Shown: positions 17,549 through 26,010 of the stretch, one piece after another
Position numbering within the stretch: position 1 is the first letter of the stretch
How the letters are laid out: each line of letters starts with the position of its first letter
Origin: Candidatus Woesearchaeota archaeon
GTDB taxonomy: Archaea > Nanobdellota > Nanobdellia > SCGC-AAA011-G17 > UBA489
NCBI GenBank assembly: GCA_018302985.1
Contig: JAGVZA010000002.1
Coordinates: forward strand, 32,228-96,227
DNA: 64,000 nucleotides
Direction: 5' to 3'
Made by a program: the position numbers and the translations under genes
The notes under the pieces: generated by a model
What the model was told of the DNA's origin: nothing
Seen by the model: only the letters and a program-made list of their open reading frames with translations
Database searches by the model: none

Positions 17549-18280
17549 TTAGGGTAAAGCAAAGTGCATTGTATTCAGAGGACCAGGAAATAAACTTTCT
17601 CTTGGAGTGAATGCATCCTCTAAGGTAGAAGCGTCTTTGTTATGTAATACTCTTCGATAGGGAGAAACATCTGGAGAAACTAGTGTAACTTTAAATAATC
17701 CTTCCTGATTCCAAAAAAATCCTTGAGGTCTAAGTAATCTTTCAGTTTCTTTACCTAATTGTACATAACTAGGAGAATGAGGGTAACAAATTTTTCCAGC
17801 TAACATATGCATCATAACTAAGTCGAAAGAGCTGTCAACATAGCTAGTTTGTGTAGCATCTTGTACTCTAAAAGTAATATTGGTAACTGGTCGTAATAAT
17901 TGCAAAACGTTCGCTCTAAAATCTAAAGCAAAATAATCTAGGGGACAAAAACGAGCACATAGAGAAGTCAATGTTTTATTGTCGCTAGGAATAGAAAATC
18001 CTGATGGTCTGATATCATCTAACCTCCATACGCCTGTTTGGGCTTGTGCTATAGCTCCCTCGTCAATATCTATACAAGTTATCTGAGTAGAGGGATTCTG
18101 TATTGCTAAAATGACTTCATTAATACCTACAGAGCAGCCCATAGAAAGAACATGTGATAGTTCAGAGCCAAAGTGAGAAAAAACATCTTGTATAGGCCAA
18201 GCAACGCCAGGAGCTCTTGAAGTTCTATCTAAGAGTTGATACCGTCCAACAAAAGTATAATCATGTTTTCGCTTGCTCAT
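17549..18280 (-). CDS. putative class I SAM-dependent methyltransferase
   Basis: LSMGCSVGINEVILA and IDIDEGAIAQAQ resemble methyltransferase motifs I/II. The call is weak. Confidence 0.4.
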   Translation of the reverse strand: MSKRKHDYTFVGRYQLLDRTSRAPGVAWPIQDVFSHFGSELSHVLSMGCSVGINEVILAIQNPSTQITCIDIDEGAIAQAQTGVWRLDDIRPSGFSIPSDNKTLTSLCARFCPLDYFALDFRANVLQLLRPVTNITFRVQDATQTSYVDSSFDLVMMHMLAGKICYPHSPSYVQLGKETERLLRPQGFFWNQEGLFKVTLVSPDVSPYRRVLHNKDASTLEDAFTPRESLFPGPLNTMHFALP

Positions 18281-18326
18281 TGGAGAAATGGTTTAAGAGT
18301 CATTTTTAAGGGTGTCGATAAAGTGT

Positions 18327-18548
18327 TTATGAAGAAATAGGGTCAAGATAAGTCTTGATAGCTTCTTTTGTTCTTTCCAAAAGTTGATCTAGAAATTTAG
18401 CTTGCGTATGGCATCCTGGAAGTCCTACAACTTCTGAGATTAACCAGCCATCTTCATCTTTCTCTATGATCACTGTATATTTCTTGGCCATAAAAAGTTC
18501 ATGGGTTGCATTATTTATATAGGTTGTGTTGGTCATGACAATAAGCAA
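18327..18548 (-). CDS. HicB-family antitoxin-like protein (UPF0150)
   Basis: MAKKYTVIIEKDEDGWLISEVVGLPGCHTQAKFLDQLLERTKEAIKTYLD is a classic HicB/UPF0150 fold. An alternative start lies at 18491. No HicA partner is visible. Confidence 0.6.
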   Translation of the reverse strand: MLIVMTNTTYINNATHELFMAKKYTVIIEKDEDGWLISEVVGLPGCHTQAKFLDQLLERTKEAIKTYLDPISS

Positions 18549-18571
18549 GTAGAAGTGGTTAAAGAATCTTT

Positions 18572-18617
18572 CTCAGAAAAAACCGAAAAAATGAAGCATA
18601 AAATCGAAAACTTTACG
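18572..18617 (-). promoter_or_regulatory. conserved upstream element copy C (CTCAGAAAAAACCGAAAAAATGAAGCATAAAATCGAAAACTTTACG), upstream of the HicB-like gene
   Basis: Aligns with copy A across both half-elements. ~50 nt from the minus-strand ATG at 18548. Confidence 0.45.
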
Positions 18618-18700
18618 ATATAGATAGAAGTATTTTCGGAAAAATCACCGCAACTGCTATTAAAAGAAAATACTTTCTTCCTCATCGGAGGTGAAATTCC

Positions 18701-18829
18701 ATGAAACAATTGTACTGTATTGAATGCAATCGTCCCATTAAGCAGCGTGGTCGTTGTCTAGCTTGCAACACACAAGCAAAGAAACGTCGTGCAGCGCAGG
18801 ACCGTGTTGTAGAAGAAATAAGTATATAA
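18701..18829 (+). CDS. small C4 zinc-ribbon protein (42 aa), possibly ribosomal protein L40e-like
   Basis: Not in the ORF track (<60 aa). A strong Shine-Dalgarno GGAGGTGA lies 7 nt upstream of the ATG. Sequence is MKQLYCIECNRPIKQRGRCLACNTQAKKRRAAQDRVVEEISI, with a CxxC...CxxC ribbon and a basic tail. Confidence 0.45.
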   Translation: MKQLYCIECNRPIKQRGRCLACNTQAKKRRAAQDRVVEEISI

Positions 18830-18875
18830 TAAGAATATACCAAGGTTTATAAGGGTAAACGTCTTACCAAAGCCA

Positions 18876-19379
18876 ATGAGACGTTTATTTCTTCTTTTTG
18901 GCCTGAGTATGATCTTAGTGCTAAGCGGATGTGTACAAATTAATGAACCTGTCTACTGTACAGCAGATGCTAAAGCATGTCCTGATGGAACCTATGTAGG
19001 TCGAGATGCTAACAATAATTGTCAATTTTATTCCTGTTCTCAACCAAGACAGTGTACTGAAGAGGTAAAAAATTGTCCAGGTGCATCAGCAGTTGGTCGT
19101 GACCCTTACAATAATTGTGAATTCTATCCTTGCCCAACAATGCAAGCATGCACAAAAGAGTTAAAATCTTGCCCCGGTAATACTATGGTAAGTCGTAATC
19201 CTTCTAATAATTGTGAATTCTATGATTGTCCACCAACAACAAAAATAACTAAAATAAAATGTGAAAGCCAGAACGGTATAGTTGTTCTAAATCCTGGTGC
19301 TGGTGTTATGTGTCCACAAGGAAAAGTAATGATAGGTACAGTTACTATGGGCATTGAAAGCGGCATTTGTTGCAGATAA
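18876..19379 (+). CDS. secreted Cys-rich tandem-repeat lipoprotein
   Basis: Signal peptide plus lipobox MRRLFLLFGLSMILVLSGC. Three ~35-aa repeats of the form C..E.K.CPG...VgRdpnNNCeFY.CP. Confidence 0.55.
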   Translation: MRRLFLLFGLSMILVLSGCVQINEPVYCTADAKACPDGTYVGRDANNNCQFYSCSQPRQCTEEVKNCPGASAVGRDPYNNCEFYPCPTMQACTKELKSCPGNTMVSRNPSNNCEFYDCPPTTKITKIKCESQNGIVVLNPGAGVMCPQGKVMIGTVTMGIESGICCR

Positions 19380-19516
19380 CTATGACTCAAAATTTACAAA
19401 AAGATATTGAGCAAGCTATTCAAGATGAGGAAGCTCTAGAAAAAGTGATTGAAAGAAAAGAATTCTTAAGAAAAGCTTGGATTAAAAGAATATAAACAAT
19501 AAGTGTAGTAAAGAGA

Positions 19517-20104
19517 TTAAGCAACAGGAAGCGAACTCAGCTTACTAAAAATATAGAAGCCTACGATTGCAAGTACTGCTAAAAGAATAAGGAAGAGAGC
19601 CAAAGGAATCAAATACATTAACAAAACTTTTTTCTTGGATAAACCATGCACTTGTTGTGTTCCTATAATTAATAAAACTAAATTATAAATAACGCTAAAG
19701 AGACCTAAAACTGGAATCCATCCTAAGAGGTAACCAGGAGTACTGCTATAAGTAAATAATTGATAGGTTTTTGCATAAGGTACTCGTCCACCAAAAATCT
19801 TAATCCAAAGATGGAGTATACCAGCACAAACAAAGCTTATTCCTAAACCTAAAATGAAATTAATGAGATTTGCAATGATCTGTTGACCAAAAGTAGGCAT
19901 TGCTATTTGATCTCCAAAGAGTTTCGTTAAGAAAGTAAAAAAAGGAGTATAAATAGGCGAGATTATAAGTCCTAAGACAGTTCCTATGAAAGAAATAACT
20001 GCAAAATACTTAAATGCTGTTTTGACGCCCTGTTCTTTCTTCAAATGGGAGAAAAAAGAAGTTGGCTGAAATAAAACTATTTTTACTTTATCGATGAATC
20101 GCAT
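19517..20104 (-). CDS. Yip1-like integral membrane protein
   Basis: 195 aa with 5 predicted TM helices. General resemblance to the Yip1/DUF1282 family. Confidence 0.4.
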   Translation of the reverse strand: MRFIDKVKIVLFQPTSFFSHLKKEQGVKTAFKYFAVISFIGTVLGLIISPIYTPFFTFLTKLFGDQIAMPTFGQQIIANLINFILGLGISFVCAGILHLWIKIFGGRVPYAKTYQLFTYSSTPGYLLGWIPVLGLFSVIYNLVLLIIGTQQVHGLSKKKVLLMYLIPLALFLILLAVLAIVGFYIFSKLSSLPVA

Positions 20105-20140
20105 AGAATAGGGAGTTTTGAGGAGTATATAAACATTTTC

Positions 20141-20854
20141 TTAGGTTAAAGTTAGCCCAATCCAGCCATTGCCCCATAAAATTAAGATAGCTCCCAAAGC
20201 GATCAACACTAATCCTATGGCTAGTCGCATCCATTTCTTTTCTTTGTCTTTCCAGTCCTTCATCTTCTTGGTGCTGACTCCAAAATAAGCAAGCAATAAA
20301 ATAACTATCAAAGGCAGGACGAAGATAAAATTATAGACTACTAATAACCAAAAAACTTCTAGACTGAATCCAATTTTTGCTAGCAAGGTAGTGATTGCTA
20401 AATAAGGTCCTCCAGTGCAAGGCAATTCTACAGCAGCAACAAATGCTCCTAAGATAATGGCTCCAGGAATCGTGACATGATGCATATACTTTTTGATTTG
20501 TTTCAAACGTTTTGCAGGAATTCTCAGTGTTAGTCCTTGTCCATACCACCAGAAATCCTTGACTTCTAAGAGTCCTAAGATGATGACTAATCCTCCAACT
20601 AACCAACTTAACTCATCAGCAATATTCAGCCGCTGAATAAAAAATAACAATCCAAATCCAGCAATAAGATAAGTTAAGAATACAGCTCCAATATAAATAA
20701 TTCCTACCCAAAGCATTTTTCTATGATTATGAGATAAACCAAGAAGTGTTGCAATCAATAAGATAAGAACTCCAATCGCGCAGGGATTAATAGAATCTAC
20801 TGCAGCAGTCCCGAATACGACTGGCCATGTGGGTAAGGAGATATCAAGAGCCAT
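20141..20854 (-). CDS. ccdA: cytochrome c biogenesis/thiol-disulfide transporter CcdA (DsbD family)
   Basis: INPCAIGVLILLIATLL and a second ...LPCTGGPYL Cys motif in a 6-TM protein. Confidence 0.7.
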   Translation of the reverse strand: MALDISLPTWPVVFGTAAVDSINPCAIGVLILLIATLLGLSHNHRKMLWVGIIYIGAVFLTYLIAGFGLLFFIQRLNIADELSWLVGGLVIILGLLEVKDFWWYGQGLTLRIPAKRLKQIKKYMHHVTIPGAIILGAFVAAVELPCTGGPYLAITTLLAKIGFSLEVFWLLVVYNFIFVLPLIVILLLAYFGVSTKKMKDWKDKEKKWMRLAIGLVLIALGAILILWGNGWIGLTLT

Positions 20855-20858
20855 AAGA

Positions 20859-21251
20859 TCACTGTTGTTTTTGTGGAACTGGGCAGCCAGCTTTCGTTGC
20901 TAGTTCTTCAAATGTAGGAACACCAACTAGCCAATTGTCCTTGTTAGGATCATCATTAAACACAAAGGTAGCATATTTGTCAATGCCTTTCTTGATGCAG
21001 AGTTCAGATTGTTCATTTTCACCACGAGCATCGCATTCAACATAAGTAAGATATTTCAGGGCTCCGCCAAAGTTTTTCTTGACTTGCGCGCATTTAGGAC
21101 ACCAGAAAGTGCCATAAAATACTCCGCCTTTTTCAGTAATGCATTGTGCCAACTTATCAATCTCTGGTTGTGGATAGCCTCCAGAACTGCATCCTGCAAC
21201 GACAACAAGCATCGTAGCGAAGAACAAAAAAAGTTTATTTGAGACTGCCAT
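20859..21251 (-). CDS. thioredoxin-fold lipoprotein (CPKC active site)
   Basis: Lipobox VVAGCSS; YGTFWCPKCAQVKKNFG is a thioredoxin-like CxxC. Confidence 0.55.
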   Translation of the reverse strand: MAVSNKLFLFFATMLVVVAGCSSGGYPQPEIDKLAQCITEKGGVFYGTFWCPKCAQVKKNFGGALKYLTYVECDARGENEQSELCIKKGIDKYATFVFNDDPNKDNWLVGVPTFEELATKAGCPVPQKQQ

Positions 21252-21771
21252 GATTCATCCTCCAGACTATAATTAAGGAAATAATAAGTACAATGTCAAG
21301 TGCTATGCAGAGAATGCAATAGGTCTTTAAAATAAAATGTTGAATTAAAAATAAGTAAAATCCATATAAGACACCAAATATCAAAATGCCTTGCATCCAG
21401 CTCGATACTTTGTTTGCAGGAATCCACAAAAAGCCTTTGGTATGTTGATATGCTCGTAATAAGAGGGATAAGAAAATTAAGGTCAAGAATCCTAAAAAAG
21501 CATTAGAGACTAAGAGTTCAACAACGGGTCCATATTGAGTTAAATTAATCAAAGGAATATTCCATCCAAAGTCAACAGTCATCAAATAAGAGATTCCATC
21601 AAGAGTTGCATAAGGACTTTTATTGACAATGCCGCAGTCAAAAGAGCTGCCAAAAGTGCAGAATTTGCTTGCAGAAGGTGAGAAGTGTTCATAAGTTAAG
21701 AATAAGGAGACTAGCATACCTAAAATAAATAGAACGTAGAGTCCTTTATGAGACTTTTTTGTTTTGATCAA
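21235..21771 (-). CDS. vitamin K epoxide reductase (VKOR) family protein
   Basis: Multi-TM protein with loop Cys pair CTFGSSFDC and a TM CILC (CxxC) motif. The gene's 3' end overlaps the start of the thioredoxin-like gene. Confidence 0.6.
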   Translation of the reverse strand: MIKTKKSHKGLYVLFILGMLVSLFLTYEHFSPSASKFCTFGSSFDCGIVNKSPYATLDGISYLMTVDFGWNIPLINLTQYGPVVELLVSNAFLGFLTLIFLSLLLRAYQHTKGFLWIPANKVSSWMQGILIFGVLYGFYLFLIQHFILKTYCILCIALDIVLIISLIIVWRMNHGSLK

Positions 21772-21823
21772 GTTGCTCCCTCTTTTGAAATGAGATAATT
21801 CCTCTACTTATATAAGTTGCGTC

Positions 21824-21846
21824 AGCAAAAAGCTATATAAAGAGTT
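21824..21846 (+). promoter_or_regulatory. putative BRE/TATA-type promoter AAAAAGCTATATAAA upstream of the HxlR-family regulator gene
   Basis: Identical core to 1457..1471. Confidence 0.4.
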
Positions 21847-21872
21847 CAGTTTCTCAAGAGAAAGTGGTATCT

Positions 21873-22223
21873 ATGAAACAATGTCCTGTCTTCGAAACTG
21901 CAGAATTATTAGGAAAGAAATGGACCTTGCCTTTGTTGCAGCAAATAGAATTGCATGGCGGTAAAGGATTTAATGAGCTCATGCGGCAGATGAAAAAAAT
22001 AAGTCCTAAAATTCTTACAGAGCGGTTGAAAGCTTTAGAAGCACAAAATATAATCAAAAAAGAAACAGCAGACAAAGATCAGACAAGAACTTCTTATTTT
22101 ATCACAGAAAAAGGAAAAGAATTGCAGAAGCTCTTAACACAATTCCGTGCATGGAGTGCAAAATATGATGCAACCTTTGCTGGATGTGAAGAAAGAGAAT
22201 GTGTTAAGTGTGAGAAATATTAA
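21873..22223 (+). CDS. HxlR-family HTH transcriptional regulator
   Basis: CPVFETAELLGKKWTLPLLQQI...ISPKILTERLKALEAQNII matches the HxlR-type HTH. The ATG at 21873 is preferred over the GTG at 21864. Confidence 0.75.
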   Translation: MKQCPVFETAELLGKKWTLPLLQQIELHGGKGFNELMRQMKKISPKILTERLKALEAQNIIKKETADKDQTRTSYFITEKGKELQKLLTQFRAWSAKYDATFAGCEERECVKCEKY

Positions 22224-22292
22224 CTATCGTTTGAGAAAGGGTATCTTTATATAAACAAGAAGAAAAGCAAAAATAAGAAGAGGTGATTAGAA

Positions 22293-22655
22293 ATGAATAC
22301 TACAGAAAAAGCAATGTGGGCATTACGCATTGGTATTTTCGGTACTTTTTTAGGTCATGGTGTATTCGCTTTAATGGTTAAACAAAGTTGGATCCCTTAT
22401 TTCACAGCATTAGGATTTTCTGAATCATTTGCTATTACTGCATTGCCTTTAATAGGTCTGATGGACATGGCTGTCGGTATTTCAGTTTTGTTAAAGCCTC
22501 ATAAATATGTGCTTTATTGGGCAGTATTCTGGGGATTCTGGACTGCATTAGTTCGTCCATTGACAGGAGAACCCATCTGGGACTTCGTGGAACGTTGGGC
22601 AAATTGGGCAGCACCCCTAGCACTGATATTTTTGATGGATAAAAAGAAGAAATAA
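22293..22655 (+). CDS. DoxX-like small membrane protein
   Basis: 120 aa with 4 TM helices and a DoxX-like pattern; weak. Confidence 0.4.
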   Translation: MNTTEKAMWALRIGIFGTFLGHGVFALMVKQSWIPYFTALGFSESFAITALPLIGLMDMAVGISVLLKPHKYVLYWAVFWGFWTALVRPLTGEPIWDFVERWANWAAPLALIFLMDKKKK

Positions 22656-22677
22656 TTCTTTTTCCTTTTTTTCTTTT

Positions 22678-22800
22678 TTACATTTCATAGTCTTTGCCAG
22701 TTCTTGGCACACTTCCTTCTTCATACTCATTAAGAATGTCTATAATTTCTTCCAAAGGATCTTTCTTTTTCTTTTTCTCTTCAGGTTGTTTTGTAGTCAT
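22678..22800 (-). CDS. speculative 40-aa Lys/Glu-rich ORF translationally coupled (ATGA) to the JAMM gene
   Basis: MTTKQPEEKKKKKDPLEEIIDILNEYEEGSVPRTGKDYEM. Its ATG overlaps the JAMM stop codon. No homology argument is available. Confidence 0.2.
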   Translation of the reverse strand: MTTKQPEEKKKKKDPLEEIIDILNEYEEGSVPRTGKDYEM

Positions 22801-23375
22801 GGATAAAAACCAAAGCGATCAGGCTCGCACATCACACCAATCAGCCCATCTTTATTAATTTTTGCAAATGCTTGATAATAGTTGATATCTGCTGCAGAAA
22901 AAATACAATGTTTATAGGGATGGCTATGCAAGGCGATCACAGTTTCTTTCGGACAGAGATCTGCTCGGACATGAAATACATCTTGTTCATAAGTTCTAGG
23001 AAGAATCAATCGATCCAGAGTATAAACTGTAGCTGTCTGAGATCCAAGTAAGCAAGCGCTAAATTCCTGGTGTTGATTCTCAAAATATAATGTTTTAAGT
23101 TGTGTAAAAACTTCAGGAGTAAAGATAATAGTTCGTCCATCACTGAGAGTAAGTTGGTGATTAACAACCACATCGCTTGCAGCTTTTCCTTCTAATACAG
23201 AAAGCAGATCATATCCAGGTGCTAAATACACCAGCAGTAAAAAAAGTAAAAAGAGAGCTATAAGTAAAGTTCCAAAGCGTTTGAAAAAGCGTTGCGTAGG
23301 AGTAGGTGCAGCAGGAGGTTCAAAAGGCCGTAATAATAATCCATGATCTTCTGTTGTCCGATGTTTGTTAGTCAT
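22797..23375 (-). CDS. membrane-anchored JAB/MPN (JAMM) metalloprotease-domain protein
   Basis: An N-terminal TM helix. The full JAMM motif is present: an upstream Glu (QEFSAC), then H-S-H-PYKHCIF-S-AA-D, which fits HxHx7Sx2D. Confidence 0.55.
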   Translation of the reverse strand: MTNKHRTTEDHGLLLRPFEPPAAPTPTQRFFKRFGTLLIALFLLFLLLVYLAPGYDLLSVLEGKAASDVVVNHQLTLSDGRTIIFTPEVFTQLKTLYFENQHQEFSACLLGSQTATVYTLDRLILPRTYEQDVFHVRADLCPKETVIALHSHPYKHCIFSAADINYYQAFAKINKDGLIGVMCEPDRFGFYP

Positions 23376-23428
23376 AGCAGAAAGAGAAAGAAGTAAACAT
23401 TAAAAACTTATGGTGACAGAGAAGAAAG

Positions 23429-23665
23429 ATGAAAAAGTATTGGTTTAAGACAAAAACTTATGGATGGGGCTGGTATCCAGCAACTTGGCAAGGATGGTTG
23501 GTTTTAGGGATCTATATCTTGTTCTTTGCTAGTCTCATAATTAAAGTCAACAGTCATACCATGGTATTGCCCCTCTATCTGATTGCAGTCTTCATACTAA
23601 CAGGAATATTATTAGTCATTTGTTATCTCACTGGAGAAAAACCTCGATGGCGTTGGGGAAAATAA
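23429..23665 (+). CDS. small membrane protein (78 aa)
   Basis: Two TM helices; ORF only. Confidence 0.3.
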   Translation: MKKYWFKTKTYGWGWYPATWQGWLVLGIYILFFASLIIKVNSHTMVLPLYLIAVFILTGILLVICYLTGEKPRWRWGK

Positions 23666-23674
23666 AAAAGAAAA

Positions 23675-24997
23675 TTATCTTTGCTTATTTAAATAGAGTA
23701 CTGCTTGTTCAATGCCGACAGGAGTCAAAGGAAACATAGGAACAACTTTTCCAATAGCGCTTACAGTAGGGTGCTGCCAATAATCTTCTTGAAGAGGGTT
23801 AAGCCATACTAATTTAGGAAAATGTGCTCTAAGATATTTTAAAACTGCCAGTGGAGTACTTTCTCTATTACTAGGAGAAAATAATTCGTCAGGAGCCATA
23901 TGAGCATCTCCAATAACAAACACATGATCTTTAGTATGTGTTTGAACTAAGTTTTCAAGAGGTACAGTACTCTGTAGTCTCCTCTCATCTTCAGAAACTG
24001 TTTGATGCAAAATGTTATGAAAATAAAAGGTACGAAGATTACCATTGACTCGTCTCTTCATTCTTCCAAACAATTGTTGCACAACAGAAGTATAACTGCT
24101 CATAGAAAATCCACCATTGTCCATAAAAAGAAGCATTTGAAGAGTATTCTCAAGTTTTTCTTTACAAACAGGAACAAAAATGCCTCCTCTTCTAACACCT
24201 TGATCTATAGTGGCATCAATATCTAAGAGCTTGTGTGAAGTGGGTTCTAAAAGTCCTTGAAGTGCAGCAAGGCAAGCATCTATGGAAGTATCACTCAACA
24301 CTGCATCGCTATCAACGGGAAAATAAGTCATATCTCCAAAAACTCTTCTGGCTTGACTAAGTCTTCCCCTTCCTCCAACGCGTATGCCTCCTTGTACATA
24401 ACCATCATGTCCAAAAGGTGAATAACCATCAGTTCCAATCCAATGGTCTCCACCACTATGGCGTTCACGTTGTGCTTCAGCAACTTTTCGTAAGCGTTCT
24501 TCTAAGTCTTTAAGAGCAACCGTACTATAATCTACTAAAATATTATGACGAGGTGCTTCTCGACTTTCACCAGTATCAACACGATTAGGATCATCTTGAT
24601 CGAAAAGAATGGAACCATCAACAGTTCTTCCTATTCCAAGAGTAGTGGTATGTACATAGTCAAAGAAACGATCTATAAGATCTGTAAGTGCAAGATCATG
24701 ACTATCAGAGGTTTCAAGAAAATGACTTTTCCAAGAATGAAATGCTTTTGAATTTTGTACTGCTTCTTCAAGAGGTTGGCCTGGTGCAACAGAAATACCA
24801 AGAAAATAATCATAAAATGCTGCAGTAAATGGACCTGTCATTTCTTTTTTATGTACAACAAGCCCTTGCAAGACAACATATAAATCTCCTAAGGTAGAAA
24901 CCATACCATGTTGCATACAAGTCTGAAGTTCGAACAATGTTCTGACATCTGCAGGAACTTTATACTGCTGAAAAGTTTGAGGAAGTGTTGGAAACAT
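23675..24997 (-). CDS. VWA/CoxE-like protein, partner of the MoxR ATPase
   Basis: 440 aa. A Gly/Arg-rich segment RHSGGDHWIGTDGYSPFGHDGYVQGGIRVGGRGR and a degenerate MIDAS-like LLFMDNGGFSMSS. Lies immediately downstream of the MoxR gene. Confidence 0.45.
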   Translation of the reverse strand: MFPTLPQTFQQYKVPADVRTLFELQTCMQHGMVSTLGDLYVVLQGLVVHKKEMTGPFTAAFYDYFLGISVAPGQPLEEAVQNSKAFHSWKSHFLETSDSHDLALTDLIDRFFDYVHTTTLGIGRTVDGSILFDQDDPNRVDTGESREAPRHNILVDYSTVALKDLEERLRKVAEAQRERHSGGDHWIGTDGYSPFGHDGYVQGGIRVGGRGRLSQARRVFGDMTYFPVDSDAVLSDTSIDACLAALQGLLEPTSHKLLDIDATIDQGVRRGGIFVPVCKEKLENTLQMLLFMDNGGFSMSSYTSVVQQLFGRMKRRVNGNLRTFYFHNILHQTVSEDERRLQSTVPLENLVQTHTKDHVFVIGDAHMAPDELFSPSNRESTPLAVLKYLRAHFPKLVWLNPLQEDYWQHPTVSAIGKVVPMFPLTPVGIEQAVLYLNKQR

Positions 24998-25014
24998 AGG
25001 GAGAGTTATGATGA

Positions 25015-25911
25015 CTATTGGGCGCGATAAACTCCATGTTGTTCTATACTACGTCGAAGAGGTTGATCTCTAACTGATTTAAGCAATACTCCTGCGCCTG
25101 GCAGATGTTCAAGGTCTTTTTTTGTAATTCCTGGCGTAGTGGTATGAACATATGCTATCCATTCTAATAATTCGCTCGTTGAAGGTAATCTTTCTAGATG
25201 AAGGTTTCGCAACTGATAAAATATTTGTAGAGCACTTTGGACAAGAGTAGGATTAACTGTTGGATGATGTTTGGCAACAATGGCTCGCATAGATTCTGGA
25301 GAAGGGAATTCAATAAAATGATAAACACATCTCCTTAAAAAAGCAGAAGGTAATTCTTGTTCACGATTGCTAGTAATCACTATAGTAGGCATATCTTCCT
25401 GAGTTGTTGAAATAACAGTTCCTGTATCCGGAATAACATATCTCCGTTGAGAAAGAATATACAAAAGATCATTAGGAAAGTGTCGTGGTGCTTTGTCAAT
25501 TTCATCAATAAGAAGAACTGTATTTTTTTGTTGGTAAGCTTGTGCAAGTGGTCCAAAATGAAGATAATCTTCACGATGTTCAATTCTTCTTGGAGAATCT
25601 GCTAGAGTTTGAGAAGCACCTTGTTGTTGTAATTGTGTTCTTAAGACCAGCATCTGTGCATCAGTGAGATAGAGCACTTGATCGAAGCGTGCAACTACAT
25701 CTTCCAAACTACTTTTTGAACTTGAAGGATATTGGAACAAGGAACATCCTGTTGATGCTGCAAATTGAATTGCTAAATCAGTTTTTCCAGTACCTGGTTC
25801 TCCTTCTAAAAGTAGAGGTTTACCTAGAATGCGTGCTTGCTGAAACGCAACTGCTAACTGAGGATCACAAATATAAGTATCAGATCCCTTCCAAAAGTCT
25901 TTAGTAGCCAT
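25015..25911 (-). CDS. MoxR-family AAA+ ATPase
   Basis: Walker A LLEGEPGTGKTDLA and Walker B VLLIDEIDKAPRHFPNDLLYIL. Start taken at MATKDFW (25911); the ORF track extends to 25965. Confidence 0.8.
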   Translation of the reverse strand: MATKDFWKGSDTYICDPQLAVAFQQARILGKPLLLEGEPGTGKTDLAIQFAASTGCSLFQYPSSSKSSLEDVVARFDQVLYLTDAQMLVLRTQLQQQGASQTLADSPRRIEHREDYLHFGPLAQAYQQKNTVLLIDEIDKAPRHFPNDLLYILSQRRYVIPDTGTVISTTQEDMPTIVITSNREQELPSAFLRRCVYHFIEFPSPESMRAIVAKHHPTVNPTLVQSALQIFYQLRNLHLERLPSTSELLEWIAYVHTTTPGITKKDLEHLPGAGVLLKSVRDQPLRRSIEQHGVYRAQ

Positions 25912-26010
25912 CAAAAAACGATTTTTTAACACTATATAAAAGTAGCTAGCCAAGAAGAAAGACATCTTAGGTAAGTAGTGAAAATAAAAAAAGAAGAAAA
26001 AAGAAAAGAA

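Noticed and set aside
22794-22853. Plus-strand mini-ORF MDKNQSDQARTSHQSAHLY at the 3' end of the JAMM gene
   Set aside because: Fully antisense to the JAMM coding sequence with no start signals. The minus-strand coupled 40-aa ORF is the only one kept, at low confidence.
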